Positions 1-13,800 of a stretch of DNA of 64,000 nt are shown here, piece after piece (the first letter of the stretch is position 1; each line of letters begins with the position of its first letter). This stretch comes from Eledone cirrhosa (lineage: Eukaryota), in contig OZ024742.1 in assembly GCA_964016885.1 (NCBI GenBank), positions 342,178,001 to 342,242,000 on the forward strand, given 5' to 3'. Position numbers and translations under genes: made by a program. Below the pieces are notes generated by a model. That model did no database searches. It saw only the letters and a list, made by a program, of their open reading frames with translations, and had not been told where the DNA came from.

Positions 1-212
1 AAGTATGTCAGCTCCAGTGGTATGAAGTATGTGATCTACAGTGGTATGAAGTATGTGATCTCCAGTGGTATGAAGTATGTGATATACTGTGGTATGAAGT
101 ATGTGATCTCCAGTGGTATGAAGTATGTCAGCTCCAGTGGTATGAAGTATGTGATCTCCAGTGGTATGAAGTATGTGATCTCCAGTGGTATGAAGTATGT
201 GATCACAGTGGT

Positions 213-3200
213 ATGAAGTATGTGATCTACAGTGGTATGAAGTATGTGATCTACAGTGGTATGAAGTATGTGATCTCCAGTGGTATGAAGTATGTCAGCT
301 CCAGTGGTATGAAGTATGTGATCTCCAGTGGTATGAAGAATGGGATCTCCAGTGGCATGAAGTATGTGATCTCCAGTGGTATGAAGTATGTGATCTACAG
401 TGGTATGAAGTATGTGATCTCCAGTGGGATGAAGTATGTGATCTCCAGTGGTATGAAGTATGTGATCTACAGTGGTATGAATTATGTGATCTCCAGTGGT
501 ATGAAGTATGTGATCTACAGTGGTATGAAGTATGTGATCTACAGTAGTATGAAGTATGTGATCTACAGTGGTATGAAGCATGTCATCTACAGTGGTATGA
601 AGTATGTGATCTACAGTGGTATGAAGTATGTGATCTACAGTGGTATGAAGTATGTGATCTACAGTGGTATGAAGTATGTGATCTCCAGTGGTATGAAGTA
701 TGTGATCTCCAGTGGTATGAAGTATGTGATCTACAGCGGTATGAAGTATGTGATCTACAGTGGTATGAAGTATGTGATCTCCAGTGGTATGAAGTATGTG
801 ATCTCCAGTGGTATGAAGTATGTGATCTCCAGTGGGATGAAGTATGTGATCTCCAGTGGTATGAAGTATGTGATCTACAGTGGTATGAAGTATGTGATCT
901 ACAGTGGTATGAAGTATGTGATCTCCAGTGGTATGAAGTATGTGATCTACAGTGGTATGAAGTATGTGATCTACAGTGGTATGAAGTATGTGATCTACAG
1001 TGGTATGAAGTATGTGATCTCCAGTGGTATGAAGTATGTCAGCTCCAGTGGTATGAAGTATGTGATCTACAGTGGTATGAAGTATGTGATCTCCAGTGGT
1101 ATGAAGTATGTGATATCCTGTGGTATGAAGTATGTGATCTCCAGTGGTATGAAGTATGTCAGCTCCAGTGGTATGAAGTATGTGATCTCCAGTGGTATGA
1201 AGTATGTGATATACAGTGGTATGAAGTATGTGATCTACAGTAGTATGAAGTATGTGATCTACAGTGGTATGAAGTATGTGATCTCCAGTGGTATGAAGTA
1301 TGTGATCTACAGTGGTATGAAGTATGTGATCTCCAGTGGTATGAAGTATGTGATCTAGAGTGGTATGAAGTATGTGATCTCCAGTGGTATGAAGTATGTG
1401 ATATCCTGTGGTATGAAGTATGTGATCTCCAGTGGTATGAAGTATGTGATCTACAGTGGTATGAAGTATGTCAGCTCCAGTGGTATGAAGTATGTGATCT
1501 ACAGTGGTATGAAGTATGTGATCTACAGTGGTATGAAGTATGTGATCTACAGTGGTATGAAGTCTGTGATCTCCAGTGGTATGAAGTATGTGATCTACAG
1601 TGGTATGAAGTATGTGATCTACAGTGGTATGAAGTATGTGATCTACAGTGGTATGAACTATGTGATCTACAGTGGTATGAAGTATGTGATCTCCAGTGGT
1701 ATGAAGTATGTCAGCTCCAGTGGTATGAAGTATGTGATCTCCAGTGGTATGAAGTATGTGATCTCCAGTGGTATGAAGTATGTGATCTCCAGTGGTATGA
1801 AGTATGTGATCTACAGTGGTATGAAGTATGTGATCTCCAGTGGTATGAAGAATGTGATCTACAGTGGTATGAAGTATGTGATCTCCAGTGGTATGAAGTA
1901 TGTCAGCTCCAGTGGTATGAAGTATGTGATCTCCAGTGGTATGAAGTATGTGATCTCCAGTGGTATGAAGTATGTGATCTCCAGTGGTATGAAGTATGTG
2001 ATCTACAGTGGTATGAAGTATGTGATCTCCAGTGGTATGAAGTATGTGATCTCCTGTGGTATGAAGTATGTGATATCCTGTGGTATGAAGTATGTGATCT
2101 ACAGTGGTATGAAGTATGTCAGCTCCAGTGGTATGAAGTATGTGATCTCCAGTGGTATGAAGTATGTGATCTACAGTGGTATGAAGTATGTGATCTCCAG
2201 TGGTATGAAGTATGTGATCTCCTGTGGTATGAAGTATGTGATATCCTGTGGTATGATGTATGTGATCTCCAGTGGTATGAAGTATGTGATCTACAGTGGT
2301 ATGAAGTATGTGATCTCCAGTGGTATGAAGTATGTCAGCTCCAGTGGTATGAAGTATGTGATCTCCAGTGGTATGAAGTATGTGATCTACAGTGGTATGA
2401 AGTATGTGATCTACAGTGGTATGAAGTATGTGATCTCCAGTGGTATGAAGTATGTGATCTACAGTGGTATGAAGTATGTGATCTACAGTAGTATGAAGTA
2501 TGTGATCTCCAGTGGTATGAAGTATGTGATCTCCAGTGGTATGAATTATGTGATCTACAGTGGTATGAAGTATGTGATATCCAGTGGTATGAAGTATGTG
2601 ATCTACAGTGGTATGAAGTATGTGATCTCCAGTGGTATGAAGTATGTGATCTCCTGTGGTATGAAGTATGTGATATCCTGTGGTATGAAGTATGTGATCT
2701 CCAGTGGTATGAAGTATGTGATCTCCAGTGGTATGAAGTATGTGATATCCTGTGGTATGAAGTATGTGATCTCCATTGGTATGAAGGATGTGATATCCTG
2801 GGGTATGAAGTATGTGATATCCTGTGGTATGAAGTATGTGATCTCCAGTGGTATGAAGTATGTGATCTCCAGTGCTATGAAGTATGTGATCTACAGTGGA
2901 ATGAAGTATGTGATCTACAGTGATATGAAGTATGTGATCTACAGTGGTATGAAGTATGTGATATCCTGTGGTATGAAGTATGTGATGTACAGTGGTATGA
3001 AGTATGTGATCTAGAGTGGTATGAACTATGTGATATCCTGTGGTATGAAGTATGTGATCTCCAGTGGTATGAAGTATGTGATATCCTGTGGTATGAAGTA
3101 TGTGATATCCTGTGGTATGAAGTATGTGATCTCCAGTGGTATGAAGTATGTGATCTCCAGTGGTATGAAGTATGTGATCTACAGTGGTATGAAGTATGTG

Positions 3201-4330
3201 ATCTCCAGTGGTATGAAGTATGTGATCTCCAGTGGTATGAAGTATGTGATCTCCAGTGGTATGAAATATGTGATCTACAGTGGTATGAAGTATGTGATCT
3301 ACAGTGGTATGAAGTATGTGATCTAGAGTGGTATGAAGTATGTGATCTACAGTGGTATGAAGTATGTGATCTACAGTGGTATGAAGGATGTGATCTCCAG
3401 TGGTATGAAAGTATGTGATCTCCAGTGGTATGAAGTATGTGATCTACAGTGGTATGAAGTATGTGATCTACAGTGATATGAAGTATGTGATCTACAGTGG
3501 TATGAAGTATGTGATATCCTGTGGTATGAAGTATGTGATCTCCATTGGTATGAAGTATGTGATCTCCAGTGGTATGAAGTATGTGATCTCCAGTGGTATG
3601 AAGTATGTGATCTACAGTGGTATGAAGTATGTGATCTCCAGTGGTATGAAGTATGTGATATCCTGTGGTATGAAGTATGTGATCTCCTTTGGTATGAAGT
3701 ATGTGATCTCCAGTGGTATGAAGTATGTGATCTCCAGTGGTATGAAGTATGTGATCTACAGTGGTATGAAGTATGTGATCTACAGTGGTATGAAGTATGT
3801 GATCTACAGTGGTATGAAGTATGTGATATCCTGTGGTATGAAGTATATGATCTCCATTGGTATGAAGTATGTGATCTCCAGTCGTATGAAGTATGTGATC
3901 TCCAGTGGTATGAAGTATGTGATCTCCAGTGGTATGAAGTATGTGATCTACAGTGGTATGAAGTATGTGATCTACAGTGGTATGAAGTATGTGATATCCT
4001 GTGGTATGAAGTATGTGATTTACAGTGGTATGAAGTATGTGATCTACAGTGGTATGAAGTATGTGATCTCCTGTGGTATGAAGTATGGGATCTCCAGTGG
4101 TATGAAGTATGTGATCAAACAGTGATATGAGGTATGTGATCTACAGTGGTACGAAGTATGTGATCTCCTGTGATATGAAGTATGTGATCTACAGTGGTAT
4201 GAAGTATGTGATCTACAGTGGTATGAAGTATGTGATCTCCAGTGGTATGAAGTATGTGATCTACAGTGGTATGAAGTATGTGATCTACAGTGGTATGATG
4301 TATGTGATCTCCAGTGGTATGAAGTATGTG
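213..4330 (+). repeat. Variant block A, copy 1 (paralogous to about 5760-9320; boundaries approximate)
   Basis: The same ordered rare variants occur in both copies: AAGAATGGGATC unit 333/5880, CATGTCATC unit 573/6120, AACTAT unit 1653/6888, AAGGATGTGATATCCTGGGG unit 2781/8016, +1 GAAAGT 3408/8547, +1 CAAACAG 4116/9111. The offset shrinks from 5547 to 4995 through whole-unit losses. Confidence 0.85.
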
Positions 4331-5759
4331 ATCTCCAGTGGTATGAAGTATATGATCTCCTGTGGTATGAAGTATGTGATATCCTGTGGTATGAAGTATG
4401 TGATCTCCAGTGGTATGAAGTATGTGATCTACAGTGGTATGAAGTATGTGATCTCCAGTGTTTTAAAGTATGTCAACTCCAGTGGTATGAAGTATGTGAT
4501 CTCCAGTGGTATGAAGTATGTGATCTACAGTGGTATGAAGTATGTGATCTACAGTGGTATGAAGTATGTGATCTCCAGTGGTATGAAGTATGTGATCTAC
4601 AGTGGTATGAAGTATGTGATCTACAGTAGTATGAAGTATGTGATCTACAGTGGTATGAAGTATGTGACCTCCAGTGGTATGAAGTATGTGATCTGCAGTG
4701 GTATGAAGTATGTGATCTCCAGTGGAATGAAGTATGTGATCTACAGTGGTATGAAGTATGTGATCTCCAGTGGTATGAAGTATGTGATCTCCTGTGGTAT
4801 GAAGTATGTGATATCCTGTGGTATGAAGTATGTGATCTCCAGTGGTATGAAGTATGTGACCTCCAGTGGTATGAAGTATGTGATATCCTGTGGTATGAAG
4901 TATGTGATATCCTGTGGTATGAAGTATGTGATCTCCAGTGGTATGAAGTATGTGATATCCTGGGGTTAGAAGTATGTGATATCCTGTGGTATGAAGTATG
5001 TGATATATCCTGTGGTATGAAGTATGTAATCTCCAGTGGTATGAAGTATGTGATATACTGTGGTATGAAGTATGTGATATCCTGTGGTATGAAGTATGTG
5101 ATATCCTGTGGTATGAAGTATGTGATATCCTGTGGTATGAAGTATGTGATCTCTGTGGTATGAAGTATGTGATCTACAGTGGTATGAAGTATGTGATCTA
5201 CAGTGGTATGAAGTATGTGATCTCCAGTGGTATGAAGTATGTGATATCCTGTGGTATGAAGTATGTGATCTCCAGTGGTATGAAGTATGTGATCTACAGT
5301 GGTATGAAGTATGTCAGCTCCAGTGGTATGAAGTATGTGATCTACAGTGGTATGAAGTATGTGATCTACAGTGGTATGAAGTATGTGATCTACAGTGGTA
5401 TGAAGTATGTGATCTCCAGTGGTATGAAGTATGTGATCTCCAGTGGTATGAAGTATGTGATCTACAGTGGTATGAAGTATGTGATCTACAGTGGTATGAA
5501 GTATGTGATCTACAGTGGTATGAAGTATGTGATCTCCAGTGGTATGAAGTATGTCAGCTCCAGTGGTATGAAGTATGTGATCTCCAGTGGTATGAAGTAT
5601 GTGATCTCCAGTGGTATGAAGTATGTGATCTCCAGTGGTATGAAGTATGTGATCTACAGTGGTATGAAGTATGTGATCTCCAGTGGTATGAAGTATGTGA
5701 TCTCCAGTGGTATGAAGTATGTGATCTCCAGTGGTATGAAGTATGTGATCTACAGTGGT

Positions 5760-8700
5760 ATGAAGTATGTGATCTACAGTGGTATGAAGTATGTGATCTA
5801 CAGTGGTATGAAGTATGTGATCTCCAGTGGTATGAAGTATGTCAGCTCCAGTGGTATGAAGTATGTGATCTCCAGTGGTATGAAGAATGGGATCTCCAGT
5901 GGTATGAAGTATGTGATCTCCAGTGGTATGAAGTATGTGATCTACAGTGGTATGAAGTATGTGATCTCCAGTGGGATGAAGTATGTGATCTCCAGTGGTA
6001 TGAAGTATGTGATCTACAGTGGTATGAATTATGTGATCTCCAGTGGTATGAAGTATGTGATCTACAGTGGCATGAAGTATGTGATCTACAGTAGTATGAA
6101 GTATGTGATCTACAGTGGTATGAAACATGTCATCTACAGTGGTATGAAGTATGTGATCTACAGTGGTATGAAGTATGTGATCTACAGTGGTATGAAGTAT
6201 GTGATCTACAGTGGTATGAAGTATGTGATCTCCAGTGGTATGAAGTATGTGATCTCCAGTGGTATGAAGTATGTGATCTACAGCGGTATGAAGTATGTCA
6301 GCTCCAGTGGTATGAAGTATGTGATCTACAGTGGTATGAAGTATGTGATCTCCAGTGGTATGAAGTATGTGATTTCCTGTGGTATGAAGTATGTGATCTC
6401 CAGTGGTATGAAGTATGTCAGCTCCAGTGGTATGAAGTATGTGATCTCCAGTGGTATGAAGTATGTGATATACAGTGGTATGAAGTATGTGATCTACAGT
6501 GGTATGAAGTATGTGATCTCCAGTGGTATGAAGTATGTGATCTACAGTGGTATGAAGTATGTGATCTACAGTAGTATTTAGTATGTGATCTACAGTGGTA
6601 CGAAGTATGTGATCTCCAGTGGTATGAAGTATGTGATCTACAGTGGTATGAAGTATGTGATCTCCAGTGGTATGAAGTATGTGATCTACAGTGGTATGAA
6701 GTATGTGATCTCATGTGGTATGAAGTATGTGATATCCTGTGATATGAAGTATGTGATCTCCAGTGGTATGAAGTATGTGATCTACAGTGGTATGAAGTAT
6801 GTCAGCTCCAGTGGTATGAAGTATGTGATCTACAGTGGTATGAAGTATGTGATCTACAGTGGTATGAAGTATGTGATCTACAGTGGTATGAACTATGTGA
6901 TCTACAGTGGTATGAAGTATGTGATCGCCAGTGGTATGAAGTATTTCAGCTCCAGTGGTATGAAGTATGTGATCTCCAGTGGTATGAAGTATGTGATCTC
7001 CAGTGGTATGAAGTATGTGATCTCCAGTGGTATGAAGTATGTGATCTACAGTGGTATGAAGTATGTGATCTCCAGTGGTATGAAGAATGTGATCTACAGT
7101 GGTATGAAGTATGTGATCTCCAGTGGTATGAAGTATGTCAGCTCCAGTGGTATGAAGTATGTGATCTCCAGTGGTATGAAGTATGTGATCTCCAGTGGTA
7201 TGAAGTATGTGATCTCCAGTGGTATGAAGTATGTGATCTACAGTGGTATGAAGTATGTGATCTCCAGTGGTATGAAGTATGTGATATCCTGTGGTATGAA
7301 GTATGTGATCTACAGTGGTATGAAGTATGTCAGCTCCAGTGGTATGAAGTATGTGATCTCCAGTGGTATGAAGTATGTGATCTACAGTGGTATGAAGTAT
7401 GTGATCTCCAGTGGTATGAAGTATGTGATCTCCTGTGGTATGAAGTATGTGATATCCTGTGGTATGATGTATGTGATCTCCAGTGGTATGAAGTATGTGA
7501 TCTACAGTGGTATGAAGTATGTGATCTCCAGTGGTATGAAGTATGTCAGCTCCAGTGGTATGAAGTATGTGATCTCCAGTGGTATGAAGTATGTGATCTA
7601 CAGTGGTATGAAGTATGTGATCTACAGTGGTATGAAGTATGTGATCTCCAGTGGTATGAAGTATGTGATCTACAGCGGTATGAAGTATGTGATCTACAGT
7701 AGTATGAAGTATGTGATCTCCAGTGGTATGAAGTATGTGATCTCCAGTGGTATGAATTATGTGATCTACAGTGGTATGAAGTATGTGATCTCCAGTGGTA
7801 TGAAGTATGTGATCTACAGTGGTATGAAGAATGTGATCTCCAGTGGTATGAAGTATGTGATCTCCTGTGGTATGAAGTATGTGATATCCTGTGGTATGAA
7901 GTATGTGATCTCCAGTGGTATGAAGTATGTGATCTCCAGTGGTATGAAGTATGTGATATCCTGTGGTATGAAGTATGTGATATCCTGTGATATGAAGTAT
8001 GTGATCTCCAGTGGTATGAAGGATGTGATATCCTGGGGTATGAAGTATGTGATATCCTGTGGTATGAAGTATGTGATCTCCAGTGGTATGAAGTATGTGA
8101 TCTCCAGTGCTATGAAGTATGTGATCTACAGTGGTATGAAGTATGTGATCTACAGTGATATGAAGTATGTGATCTACAGTGGTATGAAGTATGTGATATC
8201 CTGTGGTATGAAGTATGTGATGTACAGTGGTATGAAGTATGTGATCTAGAGTGGTATGAACTATGTGATATCCTGTGGTATGAAGTATGTGATCTCCAGT
8301 GGTATGAAGTATGTGATATCCTGTGGTATGAAGTATGTGATCTCCAGTGGTATGAAGTATGTGATCTCCAGTGGTATGAAGTATGTGATCTCCAGTGGTA
8401 TGAAGTATGTGATCTACAGTGGTATGAAGTATGTGATCTACAGTGGTATGAAGTATGTGATCTAGAGTGGTATGAAGTATGTGATCTACAGTGGTATGAA
8501 GTATGTGATCTACAGTGGTATGAAGGATGTGATCTCCAGTGGTATGAAAGTATGTGATCTCCAGTGGTATGAAGTATGTGATCTACAGTGGTATGAAGTA
8601 TGTGATATCCTGTGGTATGAAGTATGTGATCTCCATTGGTATGAAGTATGTGATCTCCAGTGGTATGAAGTATGTGATATCCTGTGGTATGAAGTATGTG

Positions 8701-9320
8701 ATCTCCTTTGGTATGAAGTATGTGATCTCCAGTGGTATGAAGTATGTGATCTCCAGTGGTATGAAGTATGTGATCTACAGTGGTATGAAGTATGTGATCT
8801 ACAGTGGTATGAAGTATGTGATCTACAGTGGTATGAAGTATGTGATATCCTGTGGTATGAAGTATATGATCTCCATTGGTATGAAGTATGTGATCTCCAG
8901 TGGTATGAAGTATGTGATCTCCAGTGGTATGAAGTATGTGATCTACAGTGGTATGAAGTATGTGATCTCCAGTGGTATGAAGTATGTGATATCCTGTGGT
9001 ATGAAGTATGTGATCTACAGTGGTATGAAGTATGTGATCTACAGTGGTATGAAGTATGTGATCTCCTGTGGTATGAAGTATGTGATCTCCAGTGGTATGA
9101 AGTATGTGATCAAACAGTGATATGAGGTATGTGATCTACAGTGGTATGAAGTATGTGATCTCCTGTGATATGAAGTATGTGATCTACAGTGGTATGAAGT
9201 ATGTGATCTACAGTGGTATGAAGTATGTGATCTCCAGTGGTATGAAGTATGTGATCTACAGTGGTATGAAGTATGTGATCTACAGTGGTATGATGTATGT
9301 GATCTCCAGTGGTATGAAGT
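5760..9320 (+). repeat. Variant block A, copy 2 (shorter by whole-monomer deletions; boundaries approximate)
   Basis: Shares the ordered markers listed for copy 1. It also carries private changes such as TAGTATTTAG (~6572), GATCGCC (~6923) and TATTTCAGC (~6942). Confidence 0.85.
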
Positions 9321-10801
9321 ATGTGATCTCCATTGGTATGAAGTATGTGATATCCTGTGGTATGAAGTATGTGATCTCCTGTGGTATGAAGAATGTGATC
9401 TACATTGGTATGAAGTATGTGATCTCCAGTGCTATGAAGTATGTGATCTACAGTGGTATGAAGTATGTCAGCTCCAGTGGTATGAAGTATGTGATCTCCA
9501 GTGGTATGAAGTATGTGATCTACAGTGGTATGAAGTATGTGATCTCCAGTGGTATGAAGTATGTGATCCACAGTGGTATGAAGTATGTGATCTACAGTGG
9601 TATGAAGTATGTGATATCCTGTGGTATGAAGTATGTGATATCCTGTGGTATGAAGTATGTGATCTACAGTGGTATGAAGTATGTGATCTCCTGTGATATG
9701 AAGTATGTCATCTACAGTGGTATGCAGTATGTGATCTACAGTGGTATGAAGTATGTGATCTCCGGGGGTATGAAGTATGTGATCTACAGTGGTATGAAGT
9801 ATGTGATCTCCAGTGGTATGAAGTATGTCAGCTCCAGTGGTATGAAGTATGTGATCTACAGTGGTATGAAGTATGTGATCTACAGTGGTATGATGTATGT
9901 GATATCCAGTGGTATGAAGTATGTGATCTCCATTGGTATGAAGTATGTGATCTGCAGTGATATGAAGTATGTAATCTACAGTGGTATGAAGTATGTGATC
10001 TTCAGTGGTATGAAGTATGTGATCTCCAGTGCTATGAAGTATGTGATCTCCAGTGGTATGAAGTATGTGATCTCCAGTGGTATGAAGTATGTGATCTCCA
10101 GTGGTATGAAGTATGTGATCTCCAGTGGTATGAAGTATGTGATCTCCAGTGGTATGAAGTATGTGATCTCCAGTGGTATGAAGTATGTGATCTACAGTGG
10201 TGTGAAGTATGTGATCTACAGTGGTATGAAGTATGTGATATCCTGTGGTATGAAGTATGTGATCTCCGTTGGTATGAAGTATGTGATCTCCAGTGGTATG
10301 AAGTATGTGATCTCCAGTGGTATGAAGTATGTGATCTCCAGTGGTATGAAGTATGTGATCGACAGTGGTATGATGTATGTGATCTATAGTGGTATGAAGT
10401 ATGTGACATCCTGTGGTATGAAGTATATGATCTCCATTGGTATGAAGTATGTGATCTCCATTGGTATGAAGTATGTGATCTGCAGTGATATGAAGTATGT
10501 GATCTACAGTGGTATGAAGTATGTGATCTTCAGTGGTATGAAGTATGTGATCTCCAGTGCTATGAAGTATGTGATCTCCAGTGGTATGAAGTATGTGATC
10601 TTCAGTGGTATGAAGTATGTGATCTACAGTGGTATGAAGTATGTGATCTACAGTGGTATGAAGTATGTGATCTCCAGTGGTATGAAGTATGTGATCTCCA
10701 GTGGTATGAAGTATGTGATCTACAGTGGTATGAAGTATGTGATCTACAGTCGTATGAAGTATGTGATATCCTGTGGTATGAAGTATGTGATCTACAGTGG
10801 T

Positions 10802-13800
10802 ATGAAGTATGTGATCTCCTGTGGTATGATGTATGTGATCTCCAGTGGTATGAAGTATGTGATCTACAGTGATATGAGGTATGTGATCTACAGTGGTATG
10901 AAGTATGTGATCTCCTGTGATATGAAGTATGTGATCTACAGTGGTATGAAGTATGTGATATACAGTGGTATGAAGTATGTGATCTCCAGTGGTATGAAGT
11001 ATGTGATCTACAGTGGTATGAAGTATGTGATCTACAGTGGTATGATGTATGTGATCTCCAGTGGTATGAAGTATGTGATCTCCATTGGTATGAAGTATGT
11101 GATCTCCAGTGGTATGAAGTATGTGATCTCCAGTGGTATGAAGTATGTGATCTCCAGTGGTATGAAGTATGTGATCTACAGTGGTATGGAGTATGTGATC
11201 TACAGTGGTATGAAGTATGTGATCTACAGTGGTATGAAGTATGTGATCTACAGTGGTATGAAGTATGTGATCTACAGTGGTATGAAGTATGTGATCTCCA
11301 GTGGTATGAAGTATGTGATCTCCAGTGGTATGAAGTATGTGATCTCCTGTGGTATGAAGTATGTGATCTACAGTGGTATGAAGTTTGTGATCTCCAGTGG
11401 TATGAAGTATGTGATCTACAGTGGTATGAAGTATGTGATATCCTATGGTATGAAGTGTGTGATCTACAGTGGTATGAAGTATGTGATCTCCTGTGGTATG
11501 AAGTATGTGATCTCCAGTTGTATGAAGTATGTGATCTCCTGTGGCATGAAGAATGTGATCTACAGTGGTATGACATATGTGATCTCCAGTGGTATGAAGT
11601 ATGTGATCTACAGTGGTATGAAGTATGTCAGCTCCAGTGGTATGAAGTATGTGATCTACAGTGGTATGAAGTATGTGATCCACAGTGGTATGAAGTATGT
11701 GATCTCCAGTGGTATGAAGTATGTGATCTACAGTGGTATGAAGTATGTGATCTACAGTGGTATGAAGTATGTGATATCCTGTGGTATGAAGTATGTGATA
11801 TCATGTGGTATGAAGTATGTGATCTCCAGTGGTATGAAGTATGTGATCTCCAGTGGTATGAAGTATGTGATCTCCAGTGGTATGAAGTATGTGATCTACA
11901 GTGGTATGAAGTATGTGATCTACAGTGGTATGAAGTATGTGATCTACAGTGGTATGAATTATGTGATCTCCAGTGGTATGAAATATGCCATCCAGTGGTA
12001 TGAAGTATGTGATCTACAGTGGTATGAAGTATGTGATCTACAGTGGTATGAAGTATGTGATCTCCAGTGGTATGAAGTATGTGATCTCCAGTGGTATGAA
12101 GTATGTGATCTCCAGTGGTATGAAGTATGTGATCTACAGTGGTATGAAGTATGTGATCTACAGTGGTATGAAGTATGTGATCTAGAGTGGTATGAAGTAT
12201 GTGATCTACAGTGGTATGAAGTATGTGATCTACAGTGGTGTGAAGTATGTGATCTCCAGTGGTATGAAAGTATGTGATCTCCAGTGGTATGAAGTATGTG
12301 ATCTACAGTGGTATGAAGTATGTGATCTACAGTGGTATGACGTATGTGATATCCTGTGGTATGAAGTATGTGATCTCCATTGGTATGAAGTATGTGATCT
12401 CCAGTGGTATGAAGTATGTGATCTCCAGTGGTATGAAGTATGTGATCTACAGTGGTATGAAGTATGTGATCTCCAGTGGTATGAAGTATGTGATATCCTG
12501 TGGTATGAAGTATGTGATCTCCTTTGGTATGAAGTATGTGATCTCCAGTGGTATGAAGTATGTGATCTCCAGTGGTATGAAGTATGTGATCTACAGTGGT
12601 ATGAAGTATGTGATCTACAGTGGTATGAAGTATGTGATCTACAGTGGTATGAAGTATGTGATATCCTGTGGTATGAAGTATGTGATATCCTGTGGTATCA
12701 AGTATGTGATCTACAGTGGTATGAAGTATGTGATCTCCTGTGATATGAAGTATGTCATCTACAGTGGTATGCAGTATGTGATCTACAGTGGTATGAAGTA
12801 TGTGATCTCCGGGGGTATGAAGTATGTGATCTACAGTGGTATGAAGTATGTGATCTCCAGTGGTATGAAGTATGTCAGCTCCAGTGGTATGAAGTATGTG
12901 ATCTACAGTGGTATGAAGTATGTGATCTACAGTGGTATGATGTATGTGATATCCAGTGGTATGAAGTATGTGATCTCCATTGGTATGAAGTATGTGATCT
13001 GCAGTGATATGAAGTATGTGATCTACAGTGGTATGAAGTATGTGATCTACAGTGGTATGAAGTATGTGATCTCCAGTGGTATGAAGTATGTGATCTCCAG
13101 TGGTATGAAGTATGTGATCTCCAGTGGTATGAAGTATGTGATCTCCAGTGGTATGAAGTATGTGATCTCCAGTGGTATGAAGTATGTGATCTACAGTGGT
13201 GTGAAGTATGTGATCTACAGTGGTATGAAGTATGTGATATCCTGTGTTATGAAGTATGTGATCTCCGTTGGTATGAAGTATGTGATCTCCAGTGGTATGA
13301 AGTATGTGATCTCCAGTGGTATGAAGTATGTGATCTCCAGTGGTATGAAGTATGTGATCTCCAGTGGTATGAAGTATGTGATCTATAGTGGTATGAAGTA
13401 TGTGATCTCCAGTGGTATGAAGTATGTGATCTCCAGTGGTATGAAGTATGTGATCTACAGTGGTATGAAGTATGTGATCTACAGTGGTATGAAGTATGTG
13501 ATCTCCAGTGGTATGAAGTATGTGATCTCCGGTGGTATGAAGTATGTAATCTCCAGTGGTATGAAGTATGTGATATCCTGTGGTATGAAGTATGTGATCT
13601 CCTGTGGTATGAGGTATGTGATCTACAGTGGTATGAAGTATGTGATATCCTGTGGTATGAAGTATGTGATATCCTGTGGTATGAAGTATGTGATCTCCAG
13701 TGGCATGAAGTATGTGATCTCCAGTGGTATGAACTATGTGATCTTCAGTGGTATGAAGTATGTGATCTACAGTGGTATGAAGTATGTGATCTACAGTGTT

